A DNA stretch of 64,000 bases from Octopus bimaculoides (lineage: Eukaryota), in contig NC_068991.1 in the NCBI RefSeq assembly GCF_001194135.2, forward strand, positions 72,762,729 through 72,826,728. The letters are read 5' to 3'. This document shows positions 12,415 to 24,266 of the stretch, piece after piece. The notes beneath the pieces are model-generated. The model did not search any database. It was not told where the DNA came from and was given only the letters and a program-made list of their open reading frames with translations. Position 1 is the first letter of the stretch; the number at the start of each line of letters is the position of its first letter. The position numbers and the translations under genes were made by a program.

Positions 12415-12532
12415 TGTTTAACTCGTAATGGTAGTAGCTCCGGATGAAGCAGACGACGAGTATAACGTTAAATATATTGATAACGATGTCCATAATAAAA
12501 ACTGTTCGTGCATTACCGGATTCGTACTAATG
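12415..12532 (+). other. Candidate spliced exon (unverified)
   Basis: Acceptor TCTATTTCCCTTCCAAACTATAG|, donor ATG|GTAAGT; ATG at 12428 gives MVVAPDEADDEYNVKYIDNDVHNKNCSCITGFVLM in phase 0. No recognisable homology. Confidence 0.25.
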
Positions 12533-13255
12533 GTAAGTTGGGCCTTTTTTTCTCTCTTACGAATGTCTTCAAAACCCGCACTCACACACTCACATTTGCA
12601 TACGTACATAAATCATAATTACATGGCTACGCAGGATATCATAACTGACATTTAATGATACGCTTGATTGCTTAATAATTGCATACGAGTAAAGATATCA
12701 AGTACCGGTGTAAAGATCATCATACGAGAACAGGAGATTTGTTGTATTCTTTTCAATAACATCTACAGCAGCAGATATTATCATATAGATAAGCACGTGC
12801 TCAAGTGTGTTCGCACAAACACATACACAAACCTACAGACACCAACACACACGCACACACCTACTTACAGGTTCATACACAGGCACTGACACACAGAAAC
12901 AAAACCTTATTTTCTGAAGAATTGAACTCCGAAACACACCGACGTTATTTCAAATTTCTCAAAATTGAACTGTCTAACATTAACTTAGCTAAAGACTATT
13001 TGCCAACATAATGTGGCTGTCCTAAAAGGGGCGATTATTACTGTTATTTAGCCCCAGAAAACATCGTTTCTAGCTAGCAATACGACACAATAGCGAACTG
13101 TTACTGGATATCTCTTTTTGAGAGATTTAGAAATAATAATGTTACTATTTACTTATCTAAAAAAGCTGTTATTTCTTTATAATAGTGAAGTCTCTGCATT
13201 ATTTGTTTTCTACATAATTCTATATTCTACGCCAACCACAGTGATATCACATATA

Positions 13256-13722
13256 CAGTAATCCCTTGCCATATCACGGTTCCCTTACCGCGTTTTCAGT
13301 ACATCGCGGATTTTTCTGGATAATATATGTAAATTTATATCGCGGGTTTCTGCGGCCGATAGGTATTTATATTTTTATAGATTTTGACGATTTCTGTGGC
13401 AGAATAAACATTTTCACACCTAAAAATTAATAAATTCATAAATAAAAATACAGTAGAGTACAACACATTAATTAAAATATATTAAAGGAAAATACGTATT
13501 GTACCGTAGATGAGTGAACAAAGAATCGCACATACTGTATGGAAAACGAAACTTGGGAGACGAGTGTGTGGTGTTGTTATGCCTTTATGATAAAATAAAT
13601 ATATACAAATTATGAAAATAATAATTAAAAATACATAGTACGGTACTGTTTCTACTTCGCAGATTTTCACCTTTCGCGGAGGGCTTTGAAACGTAACGCT
13701 CGCGAGAGTTGATGAATTTCTA
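13256..13722 (+). mobile_element. Non-autonomous pogo/Tigger-like DNA transposon
   Basis: TA|CAGTAATCCCTTGCCATATCACGG terminus; right end decayed; internal block shared with 22752-22969. Confidence 0.7.
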
Positions 13723-14030
13723 TGCTCTGCTAATGAAATCATTGTTTCGAACATACCTGAAGTTATTTCCCATGCTCGCCGAGATAATCAAGTTCGTGTA
13801 TGAGGCACTGATTATTATTCTTTCTTTTTCACAGCGTAATTATTTTGAGTCTGCCTTCATGTTGAAGGTTTCCCGCCCGGCACGTCCGAAACCGCCCGCA
13901 TCAGGGGCAATGATCTGGCCTCGGACGGTCGTTATGCCACAGCAATTCATATAGACGGTCTACACAAAAACAGACATAAGTAGACGAAGGAAGAGTACAA
14001 TACACTTATTGAATGTCATGAAAGAGCAAA

Positions 14031-14143
14031 GCATTCTATCTTTCAATATTTCTCAATATTGCACAATATTGCATTCTATCTCTCAATATTGTACAATATT
14101 GCATTCTATCTCTCAATATTGCATTCTATCTCTCAATATTGCA
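14031..14143. repeat. Minisatellite, unit about TGCATTCTATCTCTCAATAT, about 4 copies with ACAATATTG spacers
   Basis: Directly visible. Confidence 0.85.
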
Positions 14144-14817
14144 CCGGAAAGTCTGACCTACGTCTCTTGACAAAGTACAAATAAGTCTATTATAGACTAT
14201 TGCTATCTTGACCAAGGTCTAGAATGTTTTTCAGACGCATCTGTTAATATTTAAGGAATTTCTATCAATCAACATTAAATTTGTTAATACATACGTACGT
14301 ACGTACATATATGCATACATACATATATGTATTTGCATTGTATATACATATATATGTGCGTGTTTGTATATGCTGAAATGAAATAAATTTAAGAAATACA
14401 GGGCCTCACCGTAGATTAATATAAACATATTCTTTCTTTACTATTGGTGAGTAGAAAACAAAGGTAAGATGTCTCCTGACTGAAAGTCTTAGGGCTTGTT
14501 GACTAATCCTCAGATAAAAACAGCCCGGCGCTTTTCTCCAATCAATAGCGTACATCAGCTGTTTATAAAGTAGTCACAAGTTAGGCTAGGCCGTGGTGGA
14601 TAGCCCAAGTTGCATATTTGTGCTATTGTTTTCTATTTCTAGCGGGTCTAGCGACAGCGCAGAGGCTTGTGTGTTTGTAATATGTATCTATGTAAATATT
14701 TCTGTCTTTGAAGAATGGAATGTGCAAAGTCTGGTAGAAAACTTAAACATAATAACTGCTAGTAACAATGTTTACTCTTCGCCAGTGTTTGAGTAAACAC
14801 ACTTGGACACGCACAAA

Positions 14818-14891
<74 letters not shown>

Positions 14892-15027
14892 CGCGCGCAT
14901 AAACGAACACATATATATATATATGAAACCTAATCTCGCTCACATTCATACGCATTGAAGTTTGTATTTTGCGTATGTGTACACAAATGAGCATACAGAT
15001 AAAAGTATGCATTCACACACATATACA

Positions 15028-15084
<57 letters not shown>

Positions 15085-16835
15085 CACATTTATGTATGTA
15101 TGTATATATTTACGTATGTATATATATATGAATAACGCATACCTATACACATTCACGTGCATGCACATTGCCATAATGACACAGTATAATGCCTAAGTAC
15201 AATATACTGACTTTGTACGTATGTAAACTAATAAATTTTCCATTCCTTACAAAATACTTCAATAACGTCAACATTGATAACAACAACAACAACAACAACA
15301 ACAACAGCAACAGCAGCAGTAACAGCAACAGCACCAGAAACGAGAACAACAAGGAAGAATATATTGTGTCTTTTATGAGTTCTGTTGTCTACTGGTACAA
15401 AGTAGTGAAATATTCCATTATTTTAGTAAAACAGTGTGATCGATAAGTTAATTGGCTTATGGGTCTTTTCTGAATGAAAGAGCAGAAAGGGGGTGGGGTA
15501 CTGAATAGTTAGCCGAAATGAGGAGATGGTTATGTAGTAATAGCTATTGTTGTCTGTACTGTTGCTATTACTACGTCTTCCTAATTTATCATTGAGTAAC
15601 TTTCATTGGTTCTGAAACCGCCTATCACCCAACCACACTCTCTTATATATTATCTTCTCTATCTGCATCTCTCCTACACAAATGTATTTCTATGTATATA
15701 AGATTTTAAGTTCTGCTTTGTACTATATTAGTTTTGTATATTACTGCAATACATTTTGTGTTCGGGTTTTTGAGTTTATCGATAACATGTTCATCTATTC
15801 TCAAGTTTGTATGTTTTGGCTTCATGTTGTTCACTTTATGTGTGGTTTGTTTATTTTAAATAGTTACAGTGGTTTGTGTATCTACTGTGTTGAGTATATT
15901 TGTACTGTATTGTTCTATACCTTGGTCTGTGAGTTTGTTTGTAAACCCGTTGTTGAAGAATGTTTGAATGAATGATTGCTTTGGTCTACAGATTCCTTTA
16001 GGTTGTGATTTTTTCTTCTTTGCTTTCTGAATCTGGAATAAGGGTCAGTGCCAATGACCTTTGCAGGTACTCCAAGACCTGTGAGGCTTGATGCCGTTAA
16101 TATTCCATTTAAAATGTTGCAGGCCAAAACTTTCAGGAGAAAATTCGAGCAGAGTGAATGTTCTAGAAAAAAAACCGATGTTGCAGGAAAGAAGGACAAG
16201 GCATAATGGTTAGGTCGAGTTTCAGGGATGGGGGGTAGTGGTGGTAGTGTGAGGGATGCGAAGGTTGCACGAGGTGCGAATGGTGAAGGTAGTGTGTGAT
16301 AGGGGGATAAAAAGGGAAAGAGACCAAAAGAGACGATGAAAGGGAGAGAGAGAGAGAGAGAGAGACAAAATCTTCAAAACAAAGCACAATCAAATTGTAT
16401 AGACGAGGTTTTCTTGTTATAATTCAGTTGTCATGGTCACGGGAATTTTCTCGATATTGATTCCATTAAAAGGACTGAGTTCAAAAGTTAAAAGAGATAA
16501 GAGACAATTTCATAGAATTTCATACCAATAAGAACATTCCTGAAAGAATCAGGTATTCGTATGAAGACTTGTGAGGAGTGCATGTTACTTTTTTTTATAT
16601 TGGCTTTGACAAAAGAGGAATCGCAGTGCCTAGGACACATTTTAAACAAAGGCTGAAAGAAAGGGAGTGAGTAGAGAGGGTTAAAGATGATTCTGTGAAA
16701 AGAGAGAGAGGGGGGGGAGAGATATAGAGGGAGGGGGAGAGATAGAGAGGGAGGGGGAGAGATAGAGAGGGAGAATGGGAACAGTAATATTTGACGCAGT
16801 ATATTTATTCCGCTGCATAAAATATTGGTACATAA

Positions 16836-16991
16836 GAGTGGCTGTGTGGTAAATAGCTTGCTTACCAATCACATGGCTCAGAGTTCCGTCCCACTGCGTG
16901 GCACTTTGTGCAAGTGTATTCTACTATAGCTTCGGGCCGACCAAAGTCTTGTAAGTGGATTTGGTAGACGGAAACTGAAAGAAGCCCGTCG

Positions 16992-17030
<39 letters not shown>

Positions 17031-17245
17031 ATGTGTGTGTGTCTGTTTTTGTCCCCCCACCATCGCTTGACAACCAATGTTTGTGTGTTCACGTCCCCGT
17101 AACTTAGCGGTTCGGCAAAAGACTCCGATAGATAGAATAAGTGCTAGGCTTACAAAGAATAAGTGCCAGCCACGTATCGGAATCGAGTAATCAATTTGCA
17201 CCGTCCCCTCAAAATTGCTGGCCTGGTTCTAAAATTAGAATGTAA
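16836..17245 (+). mobile_element. Chimeric SINE: family B head/body with family A-type tail
   Basis: B head GAGTGGCTGTGTGGTAA, internal (TA)n(TG)n, then CCCTCAAAATTGCTGGCCTGGTTCTAAAATTAGAA (A-type end). Confidence 0.75.
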
Positions 17246-19075
17246 TTAATAAATTATTAATTACTTCGTACTGCAAAAACTTAACGAAGTCTTGATGGCA
17301 GCCATATATGAATACTAAAGACTTTACAAATGAATATACAGACATTAAAGAATTTACAGTTGAAACTAAAAGGAAAATTGAATTAAATAAATGCATAAAG
17401 GTTATATGATAAACTTCATTCCATTAAACTCAAATTTGCTTCACTAACGCAAGATTAAATATTGACTTCTGGCAAAACAATTCTGTTTCTTGCTATAGAA
17501 ATGAACAATCAATGAATCAGCAATTTAGAAAAAAATATATTTTCAAAAAGTTTGCGGTGTCCTTACGTTGGCGAATGTCACTTTATAATGTTAGTAAAAT
17601 TGAATAGGTTCAAGTATTGTGCTGACGAGAATTGAATCCTGCAAGAAACGTCAGCACTCACTGCTCTTTTATGAATAAACATTTATGCATCCATACATGT
17701 AGCAGCCATATCTTCATCCAGTCACAAGCTGGCACCCTGGAAAACTGAAATACATAATGGATACTGTGAAAGCAGGCAGTGGATTTTCTTGAGAGAGCGA
17801 GTGGGCTATGTCCTGTTACTAAGCAAGGCACTTTACATAATTTTTCTCCAATCGCTCAGCAGGAAATAAGTACCAGCATCTGCCGTAGGTTAGCCGTGCA
17901 ACAGACAGATATCTCATCCTGGAGGGGGCGGTTTTCTGCTCTCAGTTACAGAATGTATACATGTATATATGTGCATGCATATGTGTGTATGTATATGCAT
18001 ATATATCTATGTATATATATATATATATTATATGTATATGTATGTTTGTACGTGGATGTATATTTGATATATACATATATATATTTATACACCTTCCATA
18101 TATATATATATATATGTGTATATTTGATATATANNNNNNNNNNAGGTTTGAATATGGTACTTATGCGAAGGCACCCGAATATCACATCCCAAAAGGATGG
18201 GTGATTAAAATCAAATAATAAGCAACACGGATTTCAAAAGTGATAGCAGTACGCACGTTTCATGCTACTTCAATTTATTTAAGTAATGTGAGCATTACCT
18301 TAAATGCAATATGAAGAGCAATGTATAAAAGTATATACTTGAGTGTTATCCATCATATGACAGATAACTTTGGAAGTGTAATTTGGCCGCCAACGGTAAT
18401 ATCAGAAAATGCTGCATACATATAATAATTATAACTTGTTTGAAATTTCTTGGTGTTAATGCAAAATGATGAAATGAATACTAATTATCAAAAGCAAAAT
18501 GTCTCTTACCTTACAATTAGCATATATGTACGTATGTCTGAGCGTGTATGAACGAGTGCGTATATACACAGATATGTTTGTGCGAATGTGAATGTATATA
18601 TACATATGTATGTATTTTGTGTATATTTGGGCGTGTCTATATTTATACACAGACACGTTTCGACGCATGTCCTCACACACATACTTCTGAGAATGTATTT
18701 ATTCTAACTTTATTTAACATGTTTACATTTCTCTTTTTACATTGATACGAACACACATTTATTCATCTCTTGAAATCTTGCCATAACTTTACATGCTGAA
18801 CTGTTTGAATGTCTTTTCAGTTCATAATTCCCGTCTTTATTACACCATTTTCATTGTTTTTCATATTTTCATATAGAATACGCTTTAATTTCTTCCATAA
18901 TACATTTATAATGGACTGCATCTCCTCCTCTGTCTACTTCCACTATCTATTACTTTCTCCCCGCACAATTTCGTCTTCTTCTTCCCCTATCTACCCCCCC
19001 ACTCTTACACTCTTCATTTTATTCGCTGTACTTTGTTTTAAAGTTTATTAATTATATATATATATATATATATAT

Positions 19076-19607
19076 NNNNNNNNNNNNNNNNNNNNNNNNN
19101 NNNNNNNNNNNNNNNNNNNNNNNNNNNNNNNNNNNNNNNNNNNNNNNNNNNNNNNNNNNNNNNNNNNNNNNNNNNNNNNNNNNNNNNNNNNNNNNNNNNN
19201 NNNNNNNNNNNNNNNNNNNNNNNNNNNNNNNNNNNNNNNNNNNNNNNNNNNNNNNNNNNNNNNNNNNNNNNNNNNNNNNNNNNNNNNNNNNNNNNNNNNN
19301 NNNNNNNNNNNNNNNNNNNNNNNNNNNNNNNNNNNNNNNNNNNNNNNNNNNNNNNNNNNNNNNNNNNNNNNNNNNNNNNNNNNNNNNNNNNNNNNNNNNN
19401 NNNNNNNNNNNNNNNNNNNNNNNNNNNNNNNNNNNNNNNNNNNNNNNNNNNNNNNNNNNNNNNNNNNNNNNNNNNNNNNNNNNNNNNNNNNNNNNNNNNN
19501 NNNNNNNNNNNNNNNNNNNNNNNNNNNNNNNNNNNNNNNNNNNNNNNNNNNNNNNNNNNNNNNNNNNNNNNNNNNNNNNNNNNNNNNNNNNNNNNNNNNN
19601 NNNNNNN
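19076..19607. other. Largest assembly gap (others at 2927, 3651, 6791, 18134, 21241, 25171, 29190, 30718, 32889, 38198, 45596, 58184)
   Basis: Runs of N, mostly bounded by microsatellite. Confidence 1.
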
Positions 19608-19642
<35 letters not shown>

Positions 19643-20035
19643 TAGTTATGAAAAACGTAGAAATACATTGAAACCTAAAGTCGACTAATTTTTAATGATA
19701 GAAAGAAATCATATTTTCTATTTAGATATATTTTCAATTTATTTTCAGGTTAACTCTGTGTCTTTTGTATTAAAAGAAGTTAAATCTAAAAAGAAGTACA
19801 CCTGGAGCGACTTTTTTAAAACAAGTTATTGTAATATAAAAATATTACATATTTTTTTGCGCTGAAATGTATTTTTAGTTATTTTCGTGTGCGTTTATAT
19901 GCGTGTGTTATTTAAATATAGCGTCCAACATAATAAACATTGGAACGTTCTAAATTCTTTAATGGTTATAGCAATAATATTGATTTCTAACTAAAGCACA
20001 TGACCATAATCTTTAAAGGCGGATTTGAATGGAAC

Positions 20036-20830
20036 TTATTTTAAAGACAGATGAACAACTGTAGACAAAGTAGACGATACGTTAACATGATCACAAACCT
20101 CCATCACGAAGATTTGATCACATAGCGTAAGATCCGACATGCTGGTCACGAAGAGAGTAGCGGTTGTCGTCGGTAAGTGGCTTGGTCCACCTAGAACTAT
20201 GCTTTCCGCTAGATCTAACAAGAACAATTCCTGTATATGTGATACATCGCAGAGTTTGAATAATAAAACTAGTTTTAGTAAGCCCTGATCGACCTGGGTC
20301 AATTCAGATCTTTGGATAAAGTCAACTGTCGTTACTTGGAGGCTGACCTCAGTGTAGTCGGTTTCGCTCAAGTTTTCAGAGTTTAAATCGTTTAAATATA
20401 CAGAAAAATCTACTGCAGGTTAAATCCAATGGGGACTTATACGAACCGTTTCAAATTATAAGACTTAGCTGTCAAAGATGTACGTTCTCAACTCTCTAGT
20501 ATGTTTTGTCATTTGAGCCATTGCTGTGGCAAATAAAATTGTCGGATCTATATCTCTTGCAAGCTGGAGCCATGTGACGGGCAATGCGGAAATCCATACA
20601 TACCTCCTACTCCTTTCTCAAGGAGTAGGAGGTAAGAACTGAGGGTATGCTTTAAACGAAACAAGTTGGTAGTTTGCAGCATGGAACTGGAGAGACTTAC
20701 ATCTTTGGCCCACGATGGCCACCATCGTGGGTCGTCGGACTGGTGATCCTGTAAAAGGGCTTTACAGTCAGGTAGGGCCAAACCTACAAATGGGTAGGCA
20801 GTGTATTTGCTTTGAAAAGGTGGGTTCAAC
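20036..20830 (-). pseudogene. Possible CR1/L2-clade LINE AP-endonuclease relic
   Basis: Weak motifs DFIQRSELTQVD, PSHLP and VCDHVNVS (SDH-like); heavily decayed. Confidence 0.3.
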
Positions 20831-20865
20831 TTAGAATTGAGGAGGACTTAATTAGTACCACATAA

Positions 20866-21113
20866 TGTAGCTGTGTGGTTTAGAAGTTCGTTTTGCAACC
20901 ATGGGATTTCAGGGTTCGAGCACCATGGGAAGTGCCTCCTAAACATAGCTTCGAGAAGACCGATATATTGTGAGTGGAATTGGATTTACGGAAACTGTAC
21001 GGAACACATACACACACACAAACACGGCATGTATTCACACATGCGTGATATGTACACACAGTCACGTGTGTGCGTACGTGCGCGTGTGTACGTGTCTGCA
21101 TATGTGTGTATGT

Positions 21114-21145
<32 letters not shown>

Positions 21146-21419
21146 GTGCATATATCTTTTGATGATATATGCCAGCATAGGACAGAAACTGAAAGAAGCC
21201 CGTCGTATATACGTATATGTATATATATATATATATATATNNNNNNNNNNNNNNNNNNNNNNNNNNNNNNNNNNNNNNNNNNNNNNNNNNNNNNNNNNNN
21301 NNNNNNNNNNNNNNNNNNNNNNNNNNNNNNNNNNNNNNNNNNNNNNNNNNNNNNNNNNNNNNNNNNNNNNNNNNNNNNNNNNNNNNNNNNNNNNNNNNNN
21401 NNNNNNNNNNNNNNNNNNC

Positions 21420-21464
<45 letters not shown>

Positions 21465-21658
21465 TCCCCCAACATCGCTTGACAACCGATGCTGGTGTGT
21501 TTACGTCCCCATAACTTAGCAGTTCGGCAAAAGAGACCGATAGAATTAGTACTAGGCTTCCAAAGAATAAGTCCTGGGATCGATTTGCTTGACTAAGGGT
21601 GGTGCTCCAGCATGGCCGCAGTCAAATGACTGAAACAAGTAAAAGAAAAAAAGAGTAC
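20866..21658 (+). mobile_element. SINE family B head relic plus a younger family B body/tail spanning an N-gap
   Basis: Tail GGTGCTCCAGCATGGCCGCAGTCAAATGACTGAAACAAGTAAAAG at about 21600-21650. Confidence 0.8.
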
Positions 21659-21795
21659 TTTTTTAAAGAAGAATTGTTCTGCTCCTAGTTACACAGACAC
21701 TCCCTTGGCTAACAAGCTATAACAGAAGTACGGTGAATCATTGAATGACCTGTAGAAAACCTGTAACAAACCACGTCATTGTCAAACAGTTGAAA

Positions 21796-21836
<41 letters not shown>

Positions 21837-22751
21837 ATCTCCCATCTTTCTGCTGTTTCTACCTCTATTTTGCTCTGTGTTCAGATAAATTCAATATGAA
21901 ACCTGTCTTTTGTCATTCAGTACGTTTCTAATAATAAGTGAACTTAAATGCAATAAAGTCTACGCTATTACAATTTAACAATTGTATAGAGTTGCTCATG
22001 AGGAGGCGGAGAAAGATACAGAAGAGGAAAACATGCCGAGAAGGAACTATTTTGCCAATTGCATTAAACATATTTCGTTTTCTTTTCCATCGTTAATTGC
22101 TAGCAGGAATTCACTGATAGATATAATAAACGAATTAATCACAGCTGTTTTTATTAAGACGCAGGAAGTATGGAAGCTACGGTAAAGTTACTTGCCAACC
22201 CCATCATGCAACAAATGATTTTTTGAAAATATTTCGATGTTGTTGTTGAAGCTTAATATTTTTCTAAACGTCGTAAGAGAATCAATATAACTATTTCAGT
22301 CATTCTAAACTCGACAAGTTTGTTTAACTTAACAAAACAAGGTTTTTTTAATGTCTAGAATCACTGCAGCAAAAATTGAAGAACTTGCTTGTTTAAGGGG
22401 AAAAACAATTAAACGTCTGTAACCTTTTTCATCTCCCAACACAAAACAATCTTAAAGAACTTTAGACTTCAACATCAGATGATTGTTATAGAGAAACATA
22501 AAAAAAAAAAAAAATCTGTAGTTAAAAGGCTATGGTTTTCGAGATGGAGTGGGAGACGAAATTATTGCAGTAGGCGAACAACAAGAACAACAACAGAAAA
22601 CGGCATCAACAACAAGTCTTTTCTCGAGAGAGAAAAGAATTGCTGACAATACCAGCCATTGGTATTACTGAGTTTTGGATCTGGAGTTCTGGTAGAGGTC
22701 CATATTTAAGAAGAGGGACGATACGCTGTATTTTCCATGCAAGAAGAAATA

Positions 22752-22969
22752 CAGTAATCCCTCGACTGTCGCGTGTGTTACGTTGAGCGAAAATTCGCGA
22801 AGTAGAAACAGAACTGTACTGTATTTTCAATATTATTTTCATAATTTCTATATATTTATTTTTATTAGAAATGCAAAACAATATCACTGAGGAATCGACG
22901 TAAGCTTAAATAATAAATTGCGATAGATGTACCGCGATAGGTGAACCGCGATATGGTAAGGAATTACTG
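22752..22969 (-). mobile_element. 218-bp pogo/Tigger-like MITE with TA target duplications
   Basis: TA|CAGTAATCCCTCGACTGTCGCG ... CGCGATATGGTAAGGAATTACTG|TA; same family as 13256-13722, opposite orientation. Confidence 0.85.
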
Positions 22970-23089
22970 TATGTTAAATTTTAGGAAATTTATTCCCGTT
23001 ATAAATCAAAATATCTAAGAGGTTTGCATCAATTAATTGGGCAAATTAGACAGGAATAGTTTAAAGAATCTTACCTATCCGATTGACCC

Positions 23090-24245
23090 ATTGTTTTGAG
23101 TTTTGAAATGGAACTGTCTGTAAACTATAAATTGGATATAGTTATCTACTTGATCTTATCTGAGAATGCATTCTCTTTTTGTGAGGACTGGGCAACCAGA
23201 AATCGCGTGGATCGATGCTTCTGTGTATTTTTGTCTAAGTGTGGCGTTCATTAGCGTAAGCCTCTTAAATCATTATCTTATCTTGAAAGGTTTTCTGATT
23301 AAACGTCAGTCCAGTTTAATAAAAATCAAAACTTAATCTACCTATACTGCAGATTTTTTGAGCCATTGATAGCTTAATATTGTTTCCTTTCCTCTCACAA
23401 ATGTCTTACTGGTTTGCTCATACCGCCATTATTTTTTCAAGAACACTTGTTATAATCACTTGATATTTCAACTGCAATAATATGGATTTATGGTATCCTT
23501 GTTACTCCTTCATCTTTCAGCAAAACTCATTGTTTTCTCCATAGAATGTTCTCTTTCTTTCTAAACAATTGCTTGAATAAATACATTTTCTTTCCATTCT
23601 TTTTATATCTTCGTCTTTACTCTTTCTAATCACTTTTTGTTTCTGCTTTTCTCCCGTGTATATTTCTGCTGCACGCTAAGCATTCTTATTTTCCGGCTTA
23701 GCTCTCCAGTCCTACAATGTCCAATTTTACTCTGCCTGATCTATTGAATAGTCTTGCTTCTACCTCTTTTACCAGTAAATAGAATCTACTAATGTTGCTC
23801 TTAGATATAACCCATTATATTATAACAACTTTTCGTGTACCTACTTTCATCAAGTTTGTTTTCATCCTTTTAAAGAAGTGCGCATGTAGCATCACAATAC
23901 TGCCAAGTTATTCATACGTATAATGATGTTCTGTTCGTTTAATTTTGTTTCTAAGATCTTCCTGATGTTTCTTTTGTATTCCTCTTTAACATTGTCTTTC
24001 ATTTCTTTCTGTTTCAACATCACTCATACATTTATATGGTCATCCCTCTTTCAGTAATATTATTGTTTTTTTTCCCAAAGGAATGATTCCTTTCGATATC
24101 ACCCCATTTTACTACATTTTATTACATGTTTTGCACATTGGCCAATTCCCAGAATCCATTTCAGCTTCTTTACTGCATCCAAATGTCTCACTTATTTAAC
24201 TTGTGTGTCATTTTTTCTTATCCTGTCATTTTCTTTCATATTCGT
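23090..24245 (-). pseudogene. R4/Dong-clade non-LTR retrotransposon relic (end of RT to Zn-knuckle region)
   Basis: EMKDNVKEEYKRNIRKILETKLNEQNII, TRKVV...SKSNISRFYL, HAISGCPVLTKRE; many stops and frameshifts. Confidence 0.7.
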
Positions 24246-24249
24246 TTCG

Positions 24250-24266
24250 TGCCACCTGGTGGCGTT
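24250..24266 (+). promoter_or_regulatory. CTCF-like motif
   Basis: TGCCACCTGGTGGCGTT resembles the bilaterian CTCF core; sequence match only. Confidence 0.2.

Noticed and set aside
13845-13960. Minus-strand CTGATGC...GAAAC with hairpin CCTTCA/TGAAGG
   Set aside because: Core A9, the G10.1-C11.1 pair, U16.1 and stem I all fail, so it is not a hammerhead.
15520-15582. 11-bp perfect stem GTAGTAATAGC/GCTATTACTAC
   Set aside because: Too short and low-complexity for a miRNA call without reads.
15682-16199. Open frames suggesting a LINE relic
   Set aside because: No motif I could recognise.
16700-16775. G-rich 22-bp repeats with G4 or triplex potential
   Set aside because: Ordinary expanded purine microsatellite with no functional evidence.
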